In this document: one piece after another, positions 18,524 to 26,800 of the stretch
How the letters are laid out: each line of letters starts with the position of its first letter
How positions within the stretch are numbered: the first letter of the stretch is position 1
Assembly (NCBI GenBank): GCA_964482435.1
Contig: CAYZXL010000006.1
Span: 64,661-128,660 of the forward strand
Direction of reading: 5' to 3'
Source of the DNA: an uncultured Verrucomicrobiota bacterium
GTDB lineage: Bacteria; Auribacterota; JABMQX01
DNA length: 64,000 bases
Made by a program: the position numbers and the translations under genes
The notes under the pieces: generated by a model
Database searches by the model: none
The model's input: only the letters and a program-made list of their open reading frames with translations
Told to the model about the DNA's origin: nothing

Positions 18524-19651
18524 TTGGAACGCATTCACCAGCTTCCAAAAAGGCTAATCAGTGGGGAACTGCTCTCAAAAGAGGAGGCGCTGGAGCTATG
18601 TCCCGCGGAAGGCGGAATTGACCTTCTGGAGTTGGTGTGGGCGGCGAACCGGGTTCGGGAGCACTTTTTCGGAAAGAGGGTCACCTTCTGCTCGATTATC
18701 AACGCGAAGTCCGGGAGGTGTCCGGCAGACTGTATTTTCTGTGCGCAATCGTCGAGGTATCGCACAGAGATCGAAGTTTATCCGATGATGAAGAAGCCGG
18801 AGCTTTCAGACGCAATAAGGGGAGCGGCTGTTGACGGAGTGGAGCACGTCGGGATTGTGACGAGCGGGGTCAACCCGCCGACGGGGAACGAGCTTGAGGT
18901 GCTCCTCGAATGCGTCGCGGAGGTCCTGAGAGACAGGACGGTCAAGATGTGCTGCTCGCTCGGGCAAATTGACCAAAAGCGCGCGCGGCTCCTCAAGGAA
19001 GCCGGAGTTACGCGGTATCATCACAACCTTGAGACATCGCGCTCCTTCTACAGGAACATCTCGAAGGTGATTGATTATGAGAGCAAGCTCGCCACCGTGC
19101 GGGCGGCGAAGAGCGCTGGACTGGAGACGTGCTGCGGAGGAATTTTCGGCCTTGGCGAGAGATGGGAGGATCGGGTGGACCTGGCGGTGACCGTTCGTGA
19201 GCTCAACGTGGATTCTGTGCCGCTGAACTTTCTGCGACCTGTCAAGGGAACGCCCCTGGGCGAGGCGACGCCCTTGAACCCGCGAGAAGCCCTGCGGATA
19301 ATCGCTCTTGTCCGGCTGCTGCTGCCGGACAAGACGATAAAAGTCTGCGGCGGGCGTGAGTTCGTTCTGCGAGATCTGCAGAGCTGGATGTATCACGCGG
19401 GGGCGAATGGGGCGATTTTAGGCAACTATCTCACGACGCTGGGGAGGCCGCCAGAGGAGGATTTACAGATGGTCAAGGACCTCGGAATGGAGGCCGCAAC
19501 GTGCCGAGAGTCTTCTGTCCTGGCGCGCACGAGTGACCTCGCATCGCAGCTTGAGAAATCTGTCGCGGAGAATCGGGCCTCTCAAAGCCAGCGTAGCGGC
19601 CCGCGCCCAACGGAACCTTCTGCGACTTCTGGACGGAGGCGTCGAGGATGA
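18524..19651 (+). CDS. bioB: Biotin synthase BioB (radical SAM) with a ~50-aa non-conserved C-terminal tail
   Basis: 375 aa, TTG start. Radical-SAM cluster CPADCIFCAQS. Typical BioB blocks include HHNLETS and the C-terminal NYLTTLGR block. The stop overlaps the fabG start by 4 nt. Confidence 0.93.
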   Translation: MERIHQLPKRLISGELLSKEEALELCPAEGGIDLLELVWAANRVREHFFGKRVTFCSIINAKSGRCPADCIFCAQSSRYRTEIEVYPMMKKPELSDAIRGAAVDGVEHVGIVTSGVNPPTGNELEVLLECVAEVLRDRTVKMCCSLGQIDQKRARLLKEAGVTRYHHNLETSRSFYRNISKVIDYESKLATVRAAKSAGLETCCGGIFGLGERWEDRVDLAVTVRELNVDSVPLNFLRPVKGTPLGEATPLNPREALRIIALVRLLLPDKTIKVCGGREFVLRDLQSWMYHAGANGAILGNYLTTLGRPPEEDLQMVKDLGMEAATCRESSVLARTSDLASQLEKSVAENRASQSQRSGPRPTEPSATSGRRRRG

Positions 19652-20382
19652 AAGGCTGGACAGCCATCGTTACAGGCGCTTCACGAGGATTGGGGAAAGC
19701 CATTGCTCTGGCTTTCGCGCGAGAAGGAACAAAGGTCGCATTGATTTGCCGCAGGAATTATGCGGATGCCCGCGATGTTGCTCGGCACATCGAGAGAGAA
19801 GATGGCACGGCGTGGCCTTACGCCTGCGACGTTTCGGATAGCGGCGCCGTCGAGCAGACGGTTGACGACGTGTTTCAGCGTGCAGGGAGCATCGAGGTTC
19901 TGGTGAACAACGCGGGCATATCGCACTCGTCGCTGCTTTTGAAGACGGATGAGGCGACATGGGACGAGGTCGTCGGGACGAATCTGACTGGCGCTTTCAA
20001 CTGCACCAGGGCTGTGATTCGGTACATGCTCAGGGGAGAGAATGGGCGGATCGTCAATGTGGGTTCTGCGTCGGCGATGCGGGGGATGGCGGGGGCGGCT
20101 GCTTACTGCGCCTCGAAGGCGGGTCTGATTGGTCTGACCCTCTCGACAGCGAAGGAGTACGGGCGAAAGAATATTGCCGTCAACGCGATTCTTCCGGGCT
20201 ATATGCCGACTGAAATGGGAGAAGCGATGTCGGCCGACACCAGGGAGGCAATCCTGTCGGAAAACGTTCTCGGCCGAGGCTCGACGGCGGAGGAGGTTGC
20301 TGGATTTGTCGTGCGGCTCGTTCAAATGGATGGAGTCTCGGGACAGGTTTTCAATCTCGACAGCCGTCCGTGGCTAAGGTGA
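19648..20382 (+). CDS. fabG: 3-oxoacyl-ACP reductase (SDR family, FabG-like)
   Basis: 244 aa. TGASRGLGKAIA cofactor motif, NNAGI, catalytic YCASKAG, and PGYMPTEM. Confidence 0.88.
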   Translation: MKGWTAIVTGASRGLGKAIALAFAREGTKVALICRRNYADARDVARHIEREDGTAWPYACDVSDSGAVEQTVDDVFQRAGSIEVLVNNAGISHSSLLLKTDEATWDEVVGTNLTGAFNCTRAVIRYMLRGENGRIVNVGSASAMRGMAGAAAYCASKAGLIGLTLSTAKEYGRKNIAVNAILPGYMPTEMGEAMSADTREAILSENVLGRGSTAEEVAGFVVRLVQMDGVSGQVFNLDSRPWLR

Positions 20383-20389
20383 AGATTAA

Positions 20390-20449
20390 CCGCAGAGAAC
20401 GCAGAGAACACAGGGACGCGGTCGTTCTTCTGTCTGTGCGTTCTCTCTG
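20390..20449. repeat. R3 nonamer repeats forming an imperfect hairpin between fabG and the fabF-like gene
   Basis: cCGCAGAGAACGCAGAGAACACAGGGA (20390-20417) faces ttcttctgtctgtgcgttctctctg (20425-20449). Confidence 0.5.
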
Positions 20450-20470
20450 ACCCCTGTGGTGAATGAAGAG

Positions 20471-21760
20471 ATGCGTGAGAGAAAGCGAGTCGTCATAACA
20501 GGCGTTGGGGCGATAACCGCCCTCGGAAGGTCGGCCGCGGAGATGTGGACGAACATCGCCGCGGGGAAAACCGGGGTGCGATACCTCGACGAGAGTTCCT
20601 TCTGCGTGCCGCTGGGGGCGAGACCGGATTATGATGCCATTGCCAGGTTCGGGGAGATGGACCCGTGCTGTGGTCTGGCGCTCCACGCGGCGGAGGAAGC
20701 GGTGAGGGACGCGGGCCTTTCGGAAGATGAAATCCGGAGCATGGATGTCATTTTCGGGACAAGCAAGGGGGGCATCAGGACCTTCGAGGCGGCCAACCGT
20801 TGTCTGCTCTCAGCTTCTCCAGCGTCGGCTCGCTCCGCGCTTTTCTTAGCGGGTGAGCGCGCGGAAAACCGTCATGACGAGAAGGGTAACGGCCAGCGAC
20901 CAGTTTCGCGGTCGTTCCTGGGCGATTTTTTGACCAACGCGGCTTGCAACCGAATTGCAGAGCATTTTGGCTGTCGAGGCGTCAGGCTCAACTTCGTGTC
21001 CGCTTGCGCGACGGGTACACATTCCATTCTCATGGCAGCGAGGCGGGTCGCGCGGAGAAGGTCTAAGATGGTGCTGGCGGGGAGCAGTGAGGCGTCGCTG
21101 ACTCCACTGATAGTGGCGGCGTTCGACAAAATGGGCGTTCTCTCGCACAGGACGGAGGAGCCGTCTGCCGCCGTGAGACCGTACGATGCTCGTCGGGACG
21201 GTTTTGTGATTGGCGAAGGAAGCGGGGCGCTCGTCGTCGAATCGCTGGAATCGGCTCTCTCGCGCGGCGCGAGAATCCGAGCGGAAATAACGGGCTGGGC
21301 TTTCGGGTGCGAGGCTTACCACGTCGCCTCTATGGACCCCAGCGGCGAAAGCGTTGCGTCAGCCATCCGGTCTGCGCTTGAGAAGGCAGGATTGACACCC
21401 AAGGACCTGCACTACGTCAACAGCCACGGTACCGCGACGAGGCAAAACGATGTGGCCGAGACGAGAGCACTCAAGCTCGCTCTGGGCAAAAGCGCGTACG
21501 ACATTCCAATCAGCTCGACGAAACCAATGACCGGTCATCTTCTGGGCGCCACAGGCAGCGTCGAAGCAATCATCACCGTCCTCGCCATCGAGAAGGGCTT
21601 TGTCCCCCCGACGATCAACCTCACCGACCCGGACGCCGAATGCGACTTGAATTACACGCCTCGGGTCGGCCTAAAACGAGAAATCGAGCACGCCCTGACT
21701 CTCAACTACGGCTTCGGCGGCCAGATCGCTGGCATCATTATCAGCGAGCATCACGCATGA
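20471..21760 (+). CDS. fabF: Beta-ketoacyl-ACP synthase, KAS I/II family (FabF-like) with an atypical internal insertion
   Basis: Track ORF 20456..21760 has a GTG start. In-frame ATG 20471 gives MRERKRVVITGVG. Active-site Cys in VSACATG; His residues in NSHGTAT and TGHLLGATG. About 25-45 extra residues (LLSASPASARSALFLAGERAENRHDEKGNGQRP) lie ahead of the Cys loop. Confidence 0.85.
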   Translation: MRERKRVVITGVGAITALGRSAAEMWTNIAAGKTGVRYLDESSFCVPLGARPDYDAIARFGEMDPCCGLALHAAEEAVRDAGLSEDEIRSMDVIFGTSKGGIRTFEAANRCLLSASPASARSALFLAGERAENRHDEKGNGQRPVSRSFLGDFLTNAACNRIAEHFGCRGVRLNFVSACATGTHSILMAARRVARRRSKMVLAGSSEASLTPLIVAAFDKMGVLSHRTEEPSAAVRPYDARRDGFVIGEGSGALVVESLESALSRGARIRAEITGWAFGCEAYHVASMDPSGESVASAIRSALEKAGLTPKDLHYVNSHGTATRQNDVAETRALKLALGKSAYDIPISSTKPMTGHLLGATGSVEAIITVLAIEKGFVPPTINLTDPDAECDLNYTPRVGLKREIEHALTLNYGFGGQIAGIIISEHHA

Positions 21761-21825
21761 CCGAACGAGACAGTGGGCATGGCGCCGACCATGGGAGCGT
21801 AAAAGAACATTGCACGCGGCTCCCG

Positions 21826-22806
21826 TCACCTGGGAGGCGTCTCCGGTGCGGCGACTGCGCTCTGAAGCACCTCGGTTAGCTGGTTCCACCTTTTCGCGGC
21901 GAGGTCCCTGTCAGGCGAGCGAGGCGGGGTCACGCCGGGAAAGAAGTAGAACCTGTTAGGCTTTCGGTGGGAGCTGAAGCCCACGACGTTAGAACTGTAA
22001 ACGGAAATCGCGTCCGACAGAAGTATCGTGTTCGTTTTGAACTCGTGATATTCGACCAGCGTTGGATAGTGAGAAAAAATGACCGTGGTGTGCATCAGCA
22101 GCGGTGGGTCGAGAAGAAGAATCGCGCCAGTGGTTTCCCGGAGGTAAGTCTCCGGGGTCGCCTCGCCCTCGTAGAAGGAGTCGGTTATCTTCCATCCGAG
22201 GCTTCCGCAGCAGGACGTATCCACCAGCTCAAGGAATCCGTTGACCGCAGCAAGGACACCTTCTGCTCGGGGGTTCGAGCGCCGAAACATTCGTTGAACG
22301 CCACCCGCAAAGCAGGCGAGCTCTCGAACGGACTCGGGCGGTATCTGAATCGGCCTGATGCGGCACTGCTCAGAAGCGCGGATCGCATTCAGGACCTTGC
22401 CCAGTGCTGCCGCGCGGTAGAACCTTCGTTCGCCGAACCAGTATTTCCGGTGTCCCCAGAAGTAGTATGCATCTCCTTTTCCAATTCCAATCTGCCCATA
22501 GCGAATCACAAGCGGCGGACCTCGACGAAAGTGGAGGATTATTTCCTGGTCCCAGTCGATTCCATATTTAATCCAACTGCGGGCGCTGCTGAGCGCCCGG
22601 ACCAGGCGTTTAAGCAACGCAGGCTCTTTTCCGGCGAGAACCTCGCACGCTTCATTTGGGAGGACCGCGGCGACGGCATCGTCCGGGTCAACGTGCCTTT
22701 CGCGCGAGTACCTTGGCCAGAGAAGCCGGTCCGCCAGAACCACTGCCGCAACGAGAATCAGCACGCGAATGAGCTGACGCCGTTTTCCCGACGTGCGTTT
22801 CCGCAT
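21826..22806 (-). CDS. Hypothetical N-terminally membrane-anchored protein
   Basis: Track ORF 21826..22854 has a TTG start; the first ATG is at 22806 (MRKRTSGKRRQLIRVLILVAAVVLADRLLW). No recognisable domain. It is the last gene of the minus-strand run after the two giant proteins and the OMP. Confidence 0.5.
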   Translation of the reverse strand: MRKRTSGKRRQLIRVLILVAAVVLADRLLWPRYSRERHVDPDDAVAAVLPNEACEVLAGKEPALLKRLVRALSSARSWIKYGIDWDQEIILHFRRGPPLVIRYGQIGIGKGDAYYFWGHRKYWFGERRFYRAAALGKVLNAIRASEQCRIRPIQIPPESVRELACFAGGVQRMFRRSNPRAEGVLAAVNGFLELVDTSCCGSLGWKITDSFYEGEATPETYLRETTGAILLLDPPLLMHTTVIFSHYPTLVEYHEFKTNTILLSDAISVYSSNVVGFSSHRKPNRFYFFPGVTPPRSPDRDLAAKRWNQLTEVLQSAVAAPETPPR

Positions 22807-22958
22807 GGCGTTGTCCTGAACTCTTTGCTCGTCCCGTTTCACTACGCCGAGCAAAATGGTTCCAGTCGCGGAGGCAAGCGCAAAGAGACGCCTTCCACGG
22901 TTGCGTTTGCGTGTGCCTGTCGTGCCAAAAAGAGGGGAGGCGAACTGAGCAGAGACAA

Positions 22959-23708
22959 TCAGAAGGAGACGCCCAGCCCAAATATCACGTGGTTCGATTC
23001 GAAAGAGGTAAACGCCGTTCCGTGTGGGACGTCCACCTCAGCATCCACGTACGTCCTCTTGTACTCAACGAATCCGAAGACATGGCGGGAAAACGAGGCC
23101 TCGCATCCGACGCCCACCCCGAACCCAACGCCATTGGTCTCATAATGAGATAGAGCTTCCCCCTCGATCACGCTCTCCGGATGGGGAATCGTTGGGCCTA
23201 CGCCGACCCGAGCAACCAACCGTACCGTGCCAACAGGATTCGCCTCGCTCCGTCCGATGAGGCCGAGCCGGCCGACGACGTTCAAAAGGGCAAAATTCAC
23301 CCCGTGGGAGACCTCGAAATGCTGAACGATTTCCTCCATCGGAACCTCCGCGCGGACCGGAATTCCATGGAGTGTCCCCGAAACCGAAACGGTGCGTTCG
23401 GTTTCGGCAATCGCCTTCAAATGGATGAACTCGCCCTCCAATCCGAGGAGAGGGAACGAGTTAAAGAAATAACCCAGCCTGACGCCGTAATAGATCGGCC
23501 CCTCGAACGATTGGTCATCCCAGTGGACGCGGCGGAAGCTCAAGTCCGTCCCGACGGAGGGCTGGCGGATTTGGACGTCCGAGTCTTGCGTCCAGGCTTC
23601 CCCTCCGTAAAACGATGCCGTCCACTCCGCACCCGTCGGCAGATGACAGGCGATGACAAAGGCGAGCGTCGCGAAAATCCGACTCATGGTCGCCAAGTCG
23701 CGGCTCAT
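22959..23708 (-). CDS. Small outer-membrane beta-barrel protein (OmpW/OMP_b-brl-like)
   Basis: 249 aa. Signal peptide (MSRIFATLAFVIACHLPTGA from the alternative ATG at 23687). Alternating amphipathic strands and aromatic girdle residues. C-terminal ...NHVIFGLGVSF ends in Phe, as is typical of OMPs. Confidence 0.65.
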   Translation of the reverse strand: MSRDLATMSRIFATLAFVIACHLPTGAEWTASFYGGEAWTQDSDVQIRQPSVGTDLSFRRVHWDDQSFEGPIYYGVRLGYFFNSFPLLGLEGEFIHLKAIAETERTVSVSGTLHGIPVRAEVPMEEIVQHFEVSHGVNFALLNVVGRLGLIGRSEANPVGTVRLVARVGVGPTIPHPESVIEGEALSHYETNGVGFGVGVGCEASFSRHVFGFVEYKRTYVDAEVDVPHGTAFTSFESNHVIFGLGVSF

Positions 23709-23827
23709 CTTCTATGACCTCTGCTCTTGTCGAGAAGAAAGACCATCCACGCCTTCTTCCCGCGGAAGGGGCGGGACACACTGGCTCCTTCACCGTGCGA
23801 CCGGCTCGTTGGAACCGGCGTGGGCTG

Positions 23828-26800
23828 CTACGGCGCCATCACCCTGTAATAGCGCTTCTTGACGCCGGAAACATCCTCACTGGTCCAGCTGGTGGCCGTT
23901 GTGGGCCAGGTGCCGGGAGCGTTTGCCCATGTCCCGCTCACCAGGTCATCCCTCTGCTGCACCGTGTACTGGCCGCCTCCGAAGGCCGTCCAGCTCAAAG
24001 ACACCGCGTTTCCAACCTTGCCGATGTTAGGTTTCGGCGTCGGGCGAACAACCCTTTCGCCAGAGAGCTGAACCTGGTCAATAGCGAACCAGTAATCCCA
24101 CTTGGCGTCGTAGAAATGCCAGCTCAGCCTGATCTTCCTCCCGCCATATGCAGAAAGGTCCAACAGCTCAGGGCTGCTGTCGGTGCCAGTGGTGGTCGTC
24201 CTGTCCCAGCGACGCAGGTTGACCCAGTTGCCCCATACTCCGTTCTCGAAGACCTGAATGCCCACCTCCGCAACCTGGAGATGGTCAAGGTCCTCATATG
24301 CACGGTAGTTCTTGTTGAAGCTCAGCCTCAGCTTCATGTGGTTGGTGCAGTCAATGTCCTCGCTGACGAGCCTTTCATCCAAAAGCGCATCCGGGGCAAG
24401 GTCGCTGTCGGTAATCATGTACTTGTCGTACATCCCGACCAGATTGGGGTCCTGGTTGTTCAGCAGCGGTCCTTCCGTGTCCCACAGCCGCCATGCCGCG
24501 TCCGCATACCCGGAGCCGTTCTCGATAGTCCAGCCACCAGCCTTCACGTCAGCGTCCGTGCTGTAGGTGTCGAAAGTGTCGGACCAGATGACCTCTCTCG
24601 TCGGAGGCGTCCAGCCGAAACCGACACCAATCTTGTCGAAATTGAACACATCCTGGTCGGGGATTGGTCCCTGGGCTTCGACCCTGAGGAAATGTTCACC
24701 GGTGTCTTTCTCTTCGAACTGGTCGAAAACGACGTACGTGTACAACTGCCACTGCCCGGTGGGGAAGGTGGAGAAGGTCGCAGCTCCGACCGGAGCCTCG
24801 TCCCAATAGGCCGCGATGGTAGCCAGAGACTGCCCCGTCGCAACTCGGAAAACGAGCTTTATCCAACCCGGCTGCGTTACGTTGAACCCGTAGCGCCACC
24901 AGCTTCCCGGCCTGATCCATCCAACGTTGGTGTGGTAAACGTCAGTTGTGCCGTAGTCGAGGACGGTCTCGATCCCAACCGCATCAAGCGGCCGGTACGT
25001 ATTCGTACCTGTTTTGTTCGGATGCCAGAAGTCGTACTGTTGCGGTGTGCCTATGTCGGTCGCCGACGGAGCTTCAATTGCGGGTATTGCCGTCCCTTTC
25101 ACCCACGGATACATCCCTCCGCCGAAGTTGAAATCTTCCGCTTCCCTGATCGTCATCGCCGGAAGCGCCGCCTCCGCCGTCGGCTCAGAGGCAGGACCTT
25201 CGGCTCCGACTGCGTTAAACGCCGATATTTTGTAACTGTAAGTGTTTCCGGAACTGACCGAGGTGTCCATGTAAGTGGTTCCGCTCAACGTGGCGATGAG
25301 CTCCCACGAGCCACTGTTAACGCTCCGGTAAACGTTGTAGCCCGCGACCCCTTCCTGCCCGGGGGCGCTCCAGCTCAGGTGAGTCACGAGGAGCATCTCC
25401 GCATCCACGTTCACTGGCGCGGAAGGTAGCTCGTAAATCATCTGATCGCCGCCGACGGGCTGGTTGGTGACCAAGCCGTACGACAGCGTTCCCGAGAATC
25501 CGACAGTCCCGGCCTGCGACGCCGGAACGCCAAGAGAGTAGGAAAGAACCCGGCTCGTAACCTGGGCGCCGCTGAAGGTCCACGTGATGAACCCACCGGC
25601 CGCCGTGCCGCCCGGCGAGACAGAAACAACCGTGAAATCGCCCGCGGGGATTTGCTCCCTGAGCGTGACGCTGCTCGGAGGCGTCCCCGGTTCGACGTGG
25701 ACGTATATCTCGCCGTTGACGTTCGTCCCCGCCTGATAGCTCGTCGGGAGAACGCGCGCCGTCTTCACCGGAGTGGGCGGGTAGGCCGTGATTGCCAAGA
25801 TATTGAACCTGTTGTCAGCGCTTGGCGCCCCAATTGTGCTGTCGGGGTCGCTCTCCATGAAGACGATGTCGGTCAGCGTCCTGTTGGTCTGCGCCGCGCC
25901 AAACTCAAACGCGAACAGGCCAAAGTCGGAGGTTGCTGTACCGGTTGCCCGCATCATCCCACCGATGGCGAGCGTTAACGGCGCTGGCGGCGTCCTCGGC
26001 GGAGAACCCAGATACCAGTCCTGCGAAAGGAGCAGGAACTCCTGCGTGGAAAGGTCGTTATAGACAAGCTGAACCTTCAGCTTGTCGGTTGCGCTTCCGC
26101 CGTAGCCGTTGCCGGCGCCGGTCAGGAATCGCAGCCTCTCGAACACGCCCTGCTGACCGGCCAAAGAGAACGTCGTGTCGCCATCGTCCAAAAAGACGGA
26201 AAACATGTTGACGGCGTCGAAGTCACCCAACTGGAAGTCCTGAACTTTCTTGTCAGAGGGGAGTCCCGGCCAGCCGCTGAACCCGTTCTCGATGAGGCAG
26301 TCTCCCCCATTGTCGAAGCCGTCTCCGGGCTGAGTTCCCACCGCGAGGCTCCGGATTCCATCGCGGTTGAAGATGCTGGTCATGTCTAACTTCCTCGCTT
26401 CGATACCACCATCGCGATCGAGGACCAGTATATTCAGCGTCGCCGTCGCGCTGTGCTGCCCCGCGCCATTGTCCACCGTGAACTCAAACGTCAGCGTTGT
26501 GTCCACAAAGACCGGCACTGCCCGGAACGTGGTGTTCGCCTGAGTGTCGTTGGCTATGTTCACTGTCGGCCCTGCTATCTGCTTCCACTTGAAGTTCATG
26601 CCGTGGACTGTTCCCCCGCCTACGAGATGAGCCTCTGCTCCCTCCTGGACCACCGTGTCTGTTCCTGCCGTACTGATGATCACGGCGTCGGCGTCAACCA
26701 CCGTTATGACGACAGGGGCTGAGGAGCTGCGCGACTGGCTGTCCGTTACCGTCAACCGGAAAACGAAATCCGTATTCCCGATGATTATCGGCGGGCCGGA

